In this document: positions 37,959-46,897 of the stretch, piece by piece
Layout: each line of letters opens with the position of its first letter
How positions within the stretch are numbered: the stretch's first letter is position 1
Virus record (IMG/VR): IMGVR_UViG_3300020045_007855
Span: 1-52,367 of that record
Source of the DNA: a virus
Taxonomy: Duplodnaviria; Caudoviricetes
Length of the DNA stretch: 52,367 bases
Direction: 5' to 3' (one strand)
Program-made: the position numbers and the translations under genes
The notes under the pieces: model-generated
Databases searched by the model: none
The model's input: the letters and a program-made list of their open reading frames with translations, nothing else
Told to the model about the DNA's origin: nothing

Positions 37959-38621
37959 ATGTACATAGAATTAAAGTCACACTCAAGCCTTCCGAATTTT
38001 AACGATAGGCTAAACGATTCAACTTTTATTGATAGAGTTTATCAAGTATTAGTTAATGATGGTATTAGTATTAATTATGGTGAATTCATTTCTAAGTATT
38101 ATAAAAATGGAATGGTTAAACTATTGAAAAGCCTTGGTATTTATAAGGTTCAAGGAAGAGGAGAGAATAAAAGCATTTATGTGCATCCAAGATTATTGAT
38201 AATAATCGAAACGAGCTTATTAAATCCAGAATTAATTGGTAAAAATTTAGTCAGATTAGCACGTGGAGAATATTCTTCTTCAGTATTCTCAGATATAGAT
38301 TTGACTGATTATGAAGCACTTGAAATGTCAATGGCAACAAAGGAAGTTGGAAATTTCTCTACTTATATGATTTTTAATCCAGATAGTGGATTGTATAAGA
38401 TAGGCAAAAGTAAAAATGTTTTTAGAAGATTTGAATCTCTTAAATGTGAATTTAATAAAGGCCTTATTCTTATTGGATTTTGCAAAAAAGATGTTGAATC
38501 TGAGGTACACTTTCAGTTTAAAGATGTGAGAGTTTTTGGGGAGTGGTTTAGCTTAAATACTGACAATATTCTTGATATTTTCTCAATGTATGGATTTGAA
38601 GATATTAAATTTAGCTATTAG
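37959..38621 (+). CDS. KilA-N-like + GIY-YIG (T5orf172/MUG113) protein
   Basis: GRGENKSIYVHPRL; TYMI....GLYKIGKS....RR...GEWF; low GC. Confidence 0.75.
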   Translation: MYIELKSHSSLPNFNDRLNDSTFIDRVYQVLVNDGISINYGEFISKYYKNGMVKLLKSLGIYKVQGRGENKSIYVHPRLLIIIETSLLNPELIGKNLVRLARGEYSSSVFSDIDLTDYEALEMSMATKEVGNFSTYMIFNPDSGLYKIGKSKNVFRRFESLKCEFNKGLILIGFCKKDVESEVHFQFKDVRVFGEWFSLNTDNILDIFSMYGFEDIKFSY

Positions 38622-38702
38622 CCATAACTGCATGATTACAAATCAAGTAGTCAATTTTCCAAGAATTACCTGCATTATAAATTACAAACCACCACTAAAA
38701 TT

Positions 38703-39599
38703 ATGGCAAAAGGTTTCATACAATTAGATAGAGAAGTTTTTGAAAGTAGCATTTTCAAGAACAATGAGCCTTTTTCTAAGCGTGAGGCGTGGATAGACAT
38801 ATTAATGACGGTCAATTATAAAGATAGTCGTTCATTCGTTGGAAATATGCTTATTGAATGTTTGGCTGGACAATCAATATTAAGTCAGGAGTCTTGGGCC
38901 AAAAGATGGAACTGGAACAGAAGCATGGTAAGACGGTTTTTAGAAATGTTACAAAAAGCGAACATGATTTGTATTGAAAACGTCCACAAAACGACCCGAA
39001 TAACTGTCTTAAATTCAGACAATTACGAACATTTTCGACCCGATTCTGACCCGATTCTGACCCGATTGCGACCCGATTCTGACCCGATTCTGACCACAAT
39101 AGAAGAAGGGAATAAAGAAATAAAGAAAGAAGGGAATAATAATAAAGAAAAAGAGAAAGAAATTTTTCAAGAAAAAATTTCAACACTCACTCTTGAAAAT
39201 GAAAAGTTGAAACAAGAATTATCTGAAAAAAAGGGAAAAAGCCAAAAAGAAAGTTCCGCCAAAGAAAAAGGTAATTCGAAAATAGTACACGGTGAGCATG
39301 AAAACGTGTTTTTGTCACTCCAAGAAGCCCAAAAGCTATTTGACAAATACGGAAAAGAGAAATTTCAAAAAATGGTTGAGCGTCTTTCAGTTTACAAGCT
39401 CAATGGCAGGAAATACAAAAGCGATTACGGAGCGATATTAAACTGGGTAGTGAAGGCGATTGAAGATGATGAGCTTAAACAACCAAGCGGAAATGGCCCT
39501 AACCAACCCAAAAAAGGCAAATTTGAAACCATGTTTACCAACATGAAAGACGTACTAAGCGAAATGAACAATGAGCAATATCCAATTATCAACCAATAA
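38703..39599 (+). CDS. Replication initiator (replisome organiser)
   Basis: GFIQLDR...EPFSKREAWIDIL, winged helix, internal iterons, C-terminal KYKSDYGAILNW. Confidence 0.85.
   Translation: MAKGFIQLDREVFESSIFKNNEPFSKREAWIDILMTVNYKDSRSFVGNMLIECLAGQSILSQESWAKRWNWNRSMVRRFLEMLQKANMICIENVHKTTRITVLNSDNYEHFRPDSDPILTRLRPDSDPILTTIEEGNKEIKKEGNNNKEKEKEIFQEKISTLTLENEKLKQELSEKKGKSQKESSAKEKGNSKIVHGEHENVFLSLQEAQKLFDKYGKEKFQKMVERLSVYKLNGRKYKSDYGAILNWVVKAIEDDELKQPSGNGPNQPKKGKFETMFTNMKDVLSEMNNEQYPIINQ
39037..39095 (+). repeat. Replication origin iterons (GACCCGATTCT x5.4)
   Basis: 11-bp tandem units at 39037, 39048, 39059 (..TGC), 39070, 39081, followed by an A-rich tract. Confidence 0.85.
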
Positions 39600-40470
39600 T
39601 TTACAGGTCGTTCAAAAAGGATTTGACGTTCCTGCCAAACTTTCAGAAAGCGAGGTTACAATCGTAAAAGCCAGCAAAGGAAAGAGAATTCGAGACATGA
39701 CTTCCAACGAAATTAATGAGCTTGCTTTGACTGTAATCGGTAACGCAAGATTGAGATTAGGCTCAAAGGAATTGTCAAAAGACGAACTAAAAGCCGAAAC
39801 GGTGCTAATTGTTGCCGATTTGAGAGACTTTGACGGCTTAACGAGTACAGAAGTTCAACTTGCTTTAAAATCGGGGCTTAATGGCGATTTTTCAAAAGAC
39901 GGAGTTGTTTATTTTTCATCATCCAATTTCGTGCAATGGTTGAAGAGATGGATTGCCGAAAAGAAACAACCAGTCATGAAAAATTACACGCAATTAGAAC
40001 AGGCAAGAATTGAGGAAAAACCACCTCCAAGCCTTGCGGAACAGCGGAAGACAATAATCCAAGTGATTAACCAACATACCGAGGATTTAAGAAACCACCG
40101 AGAACGGATTGTTTTGCTTACTAAAAGCATTGAGAAAGACAGAGCAGAATATAAGACAATCAACGACCCAGCCGAAAAGCACATGATCCTCAAACGAATT
40201 GCAAAGTTCGACTACGAATTGAAAAACAAAAAGCCTTTTGAAGTCCTGTTTTCAGCTTCGCTTTACGATGATATTGAACGCTTTGGAATCTGGACAATGA
40301 AACCAGAACGGAAGAAAGAAATCTTTGCAGGATTGCAGAAAAAGGCCAAAGGTGAGACGGTAGAAGAACTCAAAATTAAGGCTAAAACGCTGGCTTATAA
40401 TGAGTTTATTAGGATGTTAGTTGACAATAATCAAGGTGTTTCGAGTGATGGGGTTATTTATTTTATTTAA
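39571..40470 (+). CDS. Hypothetical replication protein (possible helicase loader)
   Basis: Overlaps the initiator; LT..EV.LALK.G..G pattern. Confidence 0.45.
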   Translation: MSNIQLSTNNLQVVQKGFDVPAKLSESEVTIVKASKGKRIRDMTSNEINELALTVIGNARLRLGSKELSKDELKAETVLIVADLRDFDGLTSTEVQLALKSGLNGDFSKDGVVYFSSSNFVQWLKRWIAEKKQPVMKNYTQLEQARIEEKPPPSLAEQRKTIIQVINQHTEDLRNHRERIVLLTKSIEKDRAEYKTINDPAEKHMILKRIAKFDYELKNKKPFEVLFSASLYDDIERFGIWTMKPERKKEIFAGLQKKAKGETVEELKIKAKTLAYNEFIRMLVDNNQGVSSDGVIYFI

Positions 40471-40483
40471 TCAAATTAAAGTT

Positions 40484-40708
40484 ATGGCAGATTATATGTA
40501 TAAAGATTTACCCCTAAAATTTAATGGTGGTAAGTCATTTGAAAATCTACAAGTTGGCGATACTCTTGAGGTTAGGCTTGTAGAATTAGAGTGTGATTTT
40601 ATCTTCTTTTGGGGAAAATTAAATTCCGTTAAATGTAGCCGAATAGAATTAGAGTTGAAACCTGTAAATGACATTTTTGGTATGACTCAAGTTTTTAAGT
40701 TTCTATGA
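40484..40708 (+). CDS. Hypothetical protein
   Basis: Operon-coupled. Confidence 0.5.
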   Translation: MADYMYKDLPLKFNGGKSFENLQVGDTLEVRLVELECDFIFFWGKLNSVKCSRIELELKPVNDIFGMTQVFKFL

Positions 40709-40797
40709 TAACCACAATCGAATTATCAAGCCTTCTTTTGGCAATCATCCTGCTAAGTTTAGCGGTAAAAATTATTAGAAATATTCACAAAAATTAA
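40705..40797 (+). CDS. 30-aa hydrophobic peptide
   Basis: MITTIELSSLLLAIILLSLAVKIIRNIHKN; coupled at both ends. Confidence 0.45.
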   Translation: MITTIELSSLLLAIILLSLAVKIIRNIHKN

Positions 40798-40970
40798 TGA
40801 AAAACCAACAATGTAGCAATTGCTATTATGGGAGAATTACGGAGTCTTTGAAAGGATTGGCAAGTAAGAATTCCTTAAAGCCTGAGAGTCTAAGCATTCG
40901 GTATTGTCTTGATTCTCGCAATTATGTGAGCGTTGGGTTTTTCTGTAAAAAATATAAATCAGATGGATAG
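40797..40970 (+). CDS. 57-aa Cys-rich protein
   Basis: MKNQQCSNCYYG...YCLD...FFCKKY; fills the gap and overlaps the MTase start. Confidence 0.5.
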   Translation: MKNQQCSNCYYGRITESLKGLASKNSLKPESLSIRYCLDSRNYVSVGFFCKKYKSDG

Positions 40971-41715
40971 ACCTGTTTCAAATGTTCAAAACATAGATTG
41001 TAAAACTGGAATGAGTCAATTTCCAGATAAGTTTTTTGATTTGGCTGTTTGTGATATTGAGTATGGAATTGGAGCAAGTAAACCTTCAAAAAAACCTGAT
41101 TCGGTTAGACAGAAAAACGGAACGTCTCTCAAGATAAAATCAAGTATTTATGTACCTAAAGATTGGGATTTTAAAAGGTCTGACGATGAGTATTTTGAGC
41201 AACTTTTTAGGGTTTCAAAGAACCAAATAATTTTTGGAGCAAATTATTATCAACAATTAACTGGGGGAATGATTGTCTGGGATAAGTTAAATGGAGAAAC
41301 AGACCAATACGGTTGTGAGATAGCTTACCAATCATTTAATAATCGAACTGATATAGTTTATTACTTATGGTCAGGAATGATTCAAGGCAAAACCTGTAGT
41401 AAAAACGTACGTGAAGCACTTATTCAGGAAGGAAACAAAAAACTAAACGAAGAAAGGATTCACCCAACGCAAAAGCCTGTAAAACTATATTCTTGGTTAC
41501 TCGAAAACTATGCTAAATCGGGTGATAAAATCATAGATACTCATTTAGGCAGTCAATCAAGCCGAATAGCAAGCTATAAAAAGGGCTTTGATTTTTGGGG
41601 GTTTGAATTGGATAAAGATTATTTCAAAGAAGGTAATGAGCGATTTGAAAAGGCAATATCAATGCCACTTTTTGACTTGCCAAAAATTACAAATAACATT
41701 CAACTTTCAATTTAA
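40963..41715 (+). CDS. Beta-class N4/N6 DNA methyltransferase with atypical motif IV
   Basis: FFDLAVCDIEYGIG, IVWDK, IHPTQKPVKLY, IDTHLGSQSS. Confidence 0.8.
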   Translation: MDRPVSNVQNIDCKTGMSQFPDKFFDLAVCDIEYGIGASKPSKKPDSVRQKNGTSLKIKSSIYVPKDWDFKRSDDEYFEQLFRVSKNQIIFGANYYQQLTGGMIVWDKLNGETDQYGCEIAYQSFNNRTDIVYYLWSGMIQGKTCSKNVREALIQEGNKKLNEERIHPTQKPVKLYSWLLENYAKSGDKIIDTHLGSQSSRIASYKKGFDFWGFELDKDYFKEGNERFEKAISMPLFDLPKITNNIQLSI

Positions 41716-41720
41716 TTAAA

Positions 41721-42050
41721 ATGACAAAGCAACAATTTGAAGAAGTAACCAGCTGGCAATTAGAAACATTTGGTTTTATTCCAGCATTGCCAAAGGTGTA
41801 TCACCTGGAACAAGAAGTTCTGGAACTTCAGCACGATTTGGCCACAAATAGCGAAGGGAAAAGACTTGAATTTGCGGACTGTTTTATCTTGCTTTTTGGA
41901 GCTGCCGCAGCCGATGGTATGACCTATGAAGACATTTCCGAAGCAATTGCAGAAAAGATGGAAATCAATAAAACTCGAAAGTGGGGAAAAGCCGATGAAA
42001 AAGGCATTACGAACCACATTGAAGAGGAAAAGGAGGTGGAAGGTGAGTAA
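41721..42050 (+). CDS. MazG-like dATP/dGTP pyrophosphohydrolase
   Basis: W..ETFG...HLEQEVLEL...EFADCFILL...KMEINKTRKW. Confidence 0.8.
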   Translation: MTKQQFEEVTSWQLETFGFIPALPKVYHLEQEVLELQHDLATNSEGKRLEFADCFILLFGAAAADGMTYEDISEAIAEKMEINKTRKWGKADEKGITNHIEEEKEVEGE

Positions 42051-42591
42051 GATTATTGAATTAGCCAAAAAATTAAAAGCTCTTGCTGATAGAGGTGTTG
42101 GAGGTGAAAAGGATAACGCTGAGAAGATTCTAAGCAATTTCTTGAAAAAGCATAATCTTTCATTTGATGAAATTGAGGAAGAAAAAATTGACCATTACTT
42201 TTTTAGCATTGACCCAAACTACCAAAAATTACTTATTCAAATCGTTAAAAACGTTGAGTATAGTTTAAGCCTTTACGGAGAAATAGATAAAGAAACTATT
42301 AAAAAACATAAGATGCCTGGCAATTATTTTACGGAGTGTACTGCGTCTCAATTTGTGCTAATTAGTTCAATGTTTGACTTCTATAAAAAGGTTTATGATG
42401 ATGAAGTGAAGGTATTTTTTACAGCATTTTGCACTGCTAATGACTTATTAAGCAATCCACCACCAGAGCAACAAAGGTCATTGAGTGAACTTACTCCAGA
42501 AGAGCTGAGAGATTACCGAAAAGCAAATCGAATGGCCGAAGGAATTACTAAAAAACAATATTTTAAACCACTCAATATTTATGAACCATAA
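42043..42591 (+). CDS. DUF2786-like protein
   Basis: KKLKALADRGVGGEKDNA; GTG start overlapping the upstream gene. Confidence 0.65.
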   Translation: MSKIIELAKKLKALADRGVGGEKDNAEKILSNFLKKHNLSFDEIEEEKIDHYFFSIDPNYQKLLIQIVKNVEYSLSLYGEIDKETIKKHKMPGNYFTECTASQFVLISSMFDFYKKVYDDEVKVFFTAFCTANDLLSNPPPEQQRSLSELTPEELRDYRKANRMAEGITKKQYFKPLNIYEP

Positions 42592-42694
42592 CGCTTTCAA
42601 AATCATGCTTGATTGTATCAATTTGGCAGGATTGACATTTATTGTTTTGTTAGGTTTAGTCATCATCATTAAAGAAGCATTGAAGAAGTTATGA
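42581..42694 (+). CDS. 37-aa membrane peptide
   Basis: MNHNAFKIMLDCINLAGLTFIVLLGLVIIIKEALKKL. Confidence 0.45.
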   Translation: MNHNAFKIMLDCINLAGLTFIVLLGLVIIIKEALKKL

Positions 42695-43002
42695 AATTCA
42701 ACATACTAACCGAAGAAGGTCCAATCTCAATACCAATCATTGAAAAATTCACACACAAAGGCCGTATGTTAGTTTTTCATCGGGCATTTAGGAGAAACGA
42801 ATTAGCCGTTTTTCTTCATTCAGTAAGCGATTTTAAGACAGGTTTGGAGATTACCAACGGAACGAAAGAGAACGTTTATTTTAAGGCTATTGATGCAATT
42901 GATAACCGATTTGATAACGAACTGGCATTTAATAATTATTTCATCAATGAAGGTATTGACCAAACTGTAAACTTAAAAAATCATGATACTACTAAGCTAT
43001 GA
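42691..43002 (+). CDS. Hypothetical protein
   Basis: Operon-coupled; VSDFKTG motif. Confidence 0.55.
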   Translation: MKFNILTEEGPISIPIIEKFTHKGRMLVFHRAFRRNELAVFLHSVSDFKTGLEITNGTKENVYFKAIDAIDNRFDNELAFNNYFINEGIDQTVNLKNHDTTKL

Positions 43003-43195
43003 ATTTCAAATGCTTGAACCACTTGGCGACGCAGCTTTCAATACTGTTTATCTTCTCACATTAGAAAAGAAAACTTGGTTCGGGTTACGCAAGAAAAAAG
43101 TAAAAGCAAGGGTATCATTACCATTTTACACCAATACGAAAGCACAGTTGGAGTATTGGGATAGCCTTATCAAAACTAAACAGCCGTTCAAATAA
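42983..43195 (+). CDS. Hypothetical protein
   Basis: Operon-coupled. Confidence 0.5.
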   Translation: MILLSYEFQMLEPLGDAAFNTVYLLTLEKKTWFGLRKKKVKARVSLPFYTNTKAQLEYWDSLIKTKQPFK

Positions 43196-43197
43196 TC

Positions 43198-43473
43198 ATG
43201 CAAAAGCTACTCACTCAAACAACTGAATTTACAATCATTCAAAAAAGGGTTAGCTTTTTTGGAGAAATTGAAAGAATGCGAAGTGTTGACCGACTCAGGT
43301 GGTATTGCCATGTGCATACTATGTGGCACAGAAGGGATTTAATTATTGATTTTTTGGGTAATGAATTCTACTATGCAATTGCCGTTAGTGATTATATGAA
43401 ACCATTTCGACATAAATATTCAGAGCGTACTATTCACAAACTTTTAAAGCAAGCAACCAGCATAAAGCAATGA
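43198..43473 (+). CDS. Hypothetical protein
   Basis: Operon-coupled. Confidence 0.5.
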   Translation: MQKLLTQTTEFTIIQKRVSFFGEIERMRSVDRLRWYCHVHTMWHRRDLIIDFLGNEFYYAIAVSDYMKPFRHKYSERTIHKLLKQATSIKQ

Positions 43474-43748
43474 AACCAACAATTTTTCCAGAACAAAACT
43501 TTGTTCTTACCGCCGAAGGATGCGACAATTTGCCAGTTTTCACAAACGGTGAAGTGGTCATTTCAAAATGGATTCCTTCAGAAGACGACCTTCAAAAAAT
43601 CAATAATGGCGAGGGTATTTACTTAGTTGTTTATAGCGGTGAATCATCACCACCAGTTTTTATTAATGCAGGTTCACCTTTTACTTATCCAACAAATGAC
43701 ACCAGTAGCACCGAGAACGCCACCGAAGGGCCAAAAACCGAAGCGTAA
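43470..43748 (+). CDS. Conserved phage hypothetical protein
   Basis: MKP..FPEQN...C..LPV......ISKW.P...D...I..G..I.L...PPV. Confidence 0.6.
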   Translation: MKPTIFPEQNFVLTAEGCDNLPVFTNGEVVISKWIPSEDDLQKINNGEGIYLVVYSGESSPPVFINAGSPFTYPTNDTSSTENATEGPKTEA

Positions 43749-44103
43749 AGTTAAAAACCGACCAGAGCAAGATTTGCAAAAGGCTTGTGTTCGCTGGTTT
43801 CGACACCAATACCCTAACGAAATATTGATTCACGTTCCGAACGGTGGGAAACGGAATGAAATCGAAGCCAAACAGTTTAAGGCAATGGGTGTAACTCCAG
43901 GCTTTCCCGATTTGGCACTTTTGAAAAAGAAAGGAGACTACGGAGCATTATTCATTGAGATGAAGTCAAAGGACGGAGACACCTCCGAAAGTCAAGACGA
44001 AATGTTACTCAAACTATCTCAATACGGATATAAGACGGCCGTTTGTAACTCAATTGACAAGTTTATGGAGATAGTTAATAACTATTTGAGGAAAGAGTTT
44101 TAA
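43696..44103 (+). CDS. VRR-NUC nuclease (Holliday junction resolvase-like)
   Basis: EQDLQ..CVRWF, HVPNGGKR, GV.PGFPDL, LFIEMK. Confidence 0.88.
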   Translation: MTPVAPRTPPKGQKPKRKVKNRPEQDLQKACVRWFRHQYPNEILIHVPNGGKRNEIEAKQFKAMGVTPGFPDLALLKKKGDYGALFIEMKSKDGDTSESQDEMLLKLSQYGYKTAVCNSIDKFMEIVNNYLRKEF

Positions 44104-44120
44104 ATCAAAAAATAAACATC

Positions 44121-44321
44121 ATGGGTAATTATAAATATCCTAAAAGCAAAATGACAGCTTTTATACAATTATCAAAATTTGATTGTGTACAAGTAAATCT
44201 TCATAAAGGTAATATCTATAACTATTGGTTTATAGAGCCATCAGAAAAGCCAATTAAAATGATTAAATGTGAAATACCTGAATTATTGAAGGGTAAAGAC
44301 TTAAGCGATTTAGGGCTATAA
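44121..44321 (+). CDS. Hypothetical protein
   Basis: ATG with A-rich leader. Confidence 0.5.
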   Translation: MGNYKYPKSKMTAFIQLSKFDCVQVNLHKGNIYNYWFIEPSEKPIKMIKCEIPELLKGKDLSDLGL

Positions 44322-44423
44322 AGACATCCCGAAAGAGGGGTAAACCAAAGCAGCTGATATGCAAATTACTGCTTTTAGGGGGAGTTCGTAGCGGTATGGC
44401 TTCCCCTATTAAATCACAAGACA

Positions 44424-44561
44424 ATGAAGCAAAAAAGTGAATATCAAAAATCTAAGGTGGAAAAAACAACACGTGGAAGAATAAGCAGACAGATGATTGA
44501 AGAGCATCGGAAAGACCTTGATTTCAAAGAAAAAATAAGAAATAAAAAATTGAACAAATGA
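44424..44561 (+). CDS. 45-aa basic peptide
   Basis: ATGA-coupled to 44558. Confidence 0.4.
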   Translation: MKQKSEYQKSKVEKTTRGRISRQMIEEHRKDLDFKEKIRNKKLNK

Positions 44562-44965
44562 CAAAATTCCTAAGAATACCACATCATTTTAAGGCAGTGA
44601 ATCCGTCAGTTGATACTGATAGAAAATCGACAATTATAGGCTTGATTACTCTTCTTTCTTACGAGTTTGAGAAGTTAAAGTTTTATGATAATCAAATTTT
44701 CAAGCAAAAGACAAAGTTTGCTATAAATAACCTTAAAAAGTCGCTGGAAGAAACCGAACAGGAATTCTACAAAGGCAAGCCTGATGAAGTCAAAGAAGTT
44801 CAAATGAACGTACTTAATGACTTGTGTAGAATTATTGAGCAATCAATTAATATGGCTTATTCTGTTGCCGAAATGCCAGTTCACGACGCTAAGGCGTATT
44901 TGTCAGAAATGACTGCAATTAGTCGAAAATATGGGGTTAGTAACGTTGATTTTAATCTTGAATAA
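44558..44965 (+). CDS. Hypothetical protein
   Basis: Helical 135-aa ORF in the operon. Confidence 0.55.
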   Translation: MTKFLRIPHHFKAVNPSVDTDRKSTIIGLITLLSYEFEKLKFYDNQIFKQKTKFAINNLKKSLEETEQEFYKGKPDEVKEVQMNVLNDLCRIIEQSINMAYSVAEMPVHDAKAYLSEMTAISRKYGVSNVDFNLE

Positions 44966-44967
44966 TC

Positions 44968-45168
44968 ATGGAAATAAAATATAAACAACTTGTAATAAAA
45001 AATGTAGAAAGGCAATTTACTCCATTTGATAGCAATGAATTTATTTATAAAAATGAAAGTATAAATACGGCAAATGATAGAATTAAAAGTATGACTGAAT
45101 ACATAGTTCTGCTTCATGATGCAATTGATATACTACAAGAAGAATTAACAAGAATTAAGGCAAAATGA
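44968..45168 (+). CDS. Hypothetical coiled-coil protein
   Basis: Operon-coupled. Confidence 0.5.
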   Translation: MEIKYKQLVIKNVERQFTPFDSNEFIYKNESINTANDRIKSMTEYIVLLHDAIDILQEELTRIKAK

Positions 45169-45554
45169 ACGAAAAACTACAATCAATCTTTGTTCCCGAA
45201 GCGGTGGCGAGATTGGCGAAAAGTAAGGGTTTTGGTGAATGGTGTGCGTGTTTTTGTAATAAAAAATGGAAAGAAAAATATTATGCAAATGCTGAAGGAA
45301 ACGATGTAAATGCTGATTGCAGTTTTGAGTATGATTGGAACGCAAACGAAACAGCTTTTGCAACTGGGTTGCCTACACATGGTCAACTAATTAAATGGCT
45401 TTTACAGGAGCATAAAATTTATGTGTATATGTTAAGAAATGGCTTATGGGGAGTTGAAAACGCTAATTGGAAACCGATATGTGATAAAAATAGATGCTTT
45501 ATGTTTGAGATTAACGAAGCCTTAGAATTAGCACTAAAACAGGTTAAATGCTAA
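45165..45554 (+). CDS. Hypothetical protein
   Basis: A.LAK.KGF...PT..QL..WL...H.I pattern seen in Bacteroidota phages. Confidence 0.6.
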   Translation: MNEKLQSIFVPEAVARLAKSKGFGEWCACFCNKKWKEKYYANAEGNDVNADCSFEYDWNANETAFATGLPTHGQLIKWLLQEHKIYVYMLRNGLWGVENANWKPICDKNRCFMFEINEALELALKQVKC

Positions 45555-45558
45555 AGCC

Positions 45559-45807
45559 ATGGAAACAATAAAAGACTTATTCGGAAACACTTTAAAAATC
45601 CTATCAAATGGAAAAGTTCAAAAAGGAAACCCAATGGTCACAGCATGGGGAATTGACAAAGAAAATAGAAAGTGCAAAAACTGTAAACACCTCTATTATA
45701 AATCATTCTCAAAGCGATACTACAAGTGCGAACTTAGAGGAGATACCAACGGCCCAGGAACTGACCACAAAGTCAACTTTCCTGCCTGTCAAAAGTATGA
45801 AGATTGA
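45559..45807 (+). CDS. Zinc-binding hypothetical protein
   Basis: CKNCKH...YYKC...AC. Confidence 0.6.
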   Translation: METIKDLFGNTLKILSNGKVQKGNPMVTAWGIDKENRKCKNCKHLYYKSFSKRYYKCELRGDTNGPGTDHKVNFPACQKYED

Positions 45808-45843
45808 TTTTTGTTTTACTAAACGATTTTAACCAACAAAGAA

Positions 45844-46572
45844 ATGAATAATCAAAATATAAAATTCGTACCAATGATATTTTCAACGCCAATGGTACAG
45901 GCGATTTTGAGAGGTGAGAAGAATCAGACGAGACGGATTATGAATCCACAACCTAAAGAAGGCTATACTCCAGAAATATACAAGGGAAATGATTTTAAGT
46001 ATCATATTGAAAGTAGAAAATCACCTATTTTATTAGAAGATGATAGTTGGCATTTTGCTAATAAAGGTGATATTATTTGGGTTAGAGAGACATTTATAGA
46101 AGGCTATGCAATGGAAGATGGGAATTTTATGTATGATGAAAATGGGAAAGAGATACCAAGAACATGGTATAAAGCCGACGGAGATTTGGGTAATTGGTAT
46201 AATGGAACATCTGATTTTCCTTCTGAAAATATTCCTTGGAAACCTTCAATCCACATGCCAAAACAAGCCTGCCGAACTTGGTTAAAAGTTACTGATGTGA
46301 GAGTTGAACGTTTGCAGGATATTAGCGAAGAAGATGCGATTGGTGAGGGAATTATTCCAGCCACTAAAGATAAAAATACTTGGAAATATGGACTGGAGGG
46401 TTGGAAATGGACTGACTTTGAAAAGACCGCAAGAGGTGCTTATATGAAGCTATGGGAGCAGATTAACGGCGAGAATTCATGGGATTTAAACCCTTGGGTA
46501 TTTGTCTATAAGTTTGATAGACTTGAAGGTATGCCAGAGTGGTTTCTACCTCATAAGAACACAAAGGATTAG
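45844..46572 (+). CDS. ASCH/PUA-like domain protein
   Basis: IFSTPMVQAILRGEKNQTRR, GD.IWVRET, WKPSIHMP, VRVERLQDISEEDA..EG, NPWV. Confidence 0.8.
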   Translation: MNNQNIKFVPMIFSTPMVQAILRGEKNQTRRIMNPQPKEGYTPEIYKGNDFKYHIESRKSPILLEDDSWHFANKGDIIWVRETFIEGYAMEDGNFMYDENGKEIPRTWYKADGDLGNWYNGTSDFPSENIPWKPSIHMPKQACRTWLKVTDVRVERLQDISEEDAIGEGIIPATKDKNTWKYGLEGWKWTDFEKTARGAYMKLWEQINGENSWDLNPWVFVYKFDRLEGMPEWFLPHKNTKD

Positions 46573-46620
46573 AACAATTTTTTCATAGTAAATTTTCAAC
46601 GATTAAAACGAACAAAAATA

Positions 46621-46893
46621 ATGGGACAATTCAATAATAAAATCCAAGACGAATTTAAAGCTGATTTTGGATTTTTAGCACCGCATCGAACACCAACAGA
46701 ATGCAAAAGCCCTGTATTTGCAGATAAAAGGCTTCACCGCATAGCAATTATGAAAGATCAACATTTTGGGAGCAAAGGAGATATGGACGAAAACGGTTTA
46801 CGGGGTTGGACTTCCAAGTTTATTTGCACAGGTTGCGGAAAGCGTTTCACAATCAATAAGCAAAAATTATTCTTTCACGTAGATAAAAAATAA
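46621..46893 (+). CDS. Zinc-ribbon-like protein
   Basis: C...H...CTGCGKRF. Confidence 0.5.
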   Translation: MGQFNNKIQDEFKADFGFLAPHRTPTECKSPVFADKRLHRIAIMKDQHFGSKGDMDENGLRGWTSKFICTGCGKRFTINKQKLFFHVDKK

Positions 46894-46897
46894 GAAA

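Noticed and set aside
38645-38656. 12-nt match AAGTAGTCAATT with the start of the tRNA-like element
   Set aside because: Matches of this length are expected by chance in a 52-kb AT-rich genome
39037-39095. CRISPR or mini-array
   Set aside because: Contiguous 11-bp units without spacers; no CRISPR array or cas gene seen anywhere in the window
40797-40945. Structured ncRNA upstream of the MTase
   Set aside because: Better explained by a coupled 57-aa Cys-rich ORF
44325-44380. Hammerhead ribozyme (CTGAT and GAAA present)
   Set aside because: Core CUGANGA is absent and the stems do not fit
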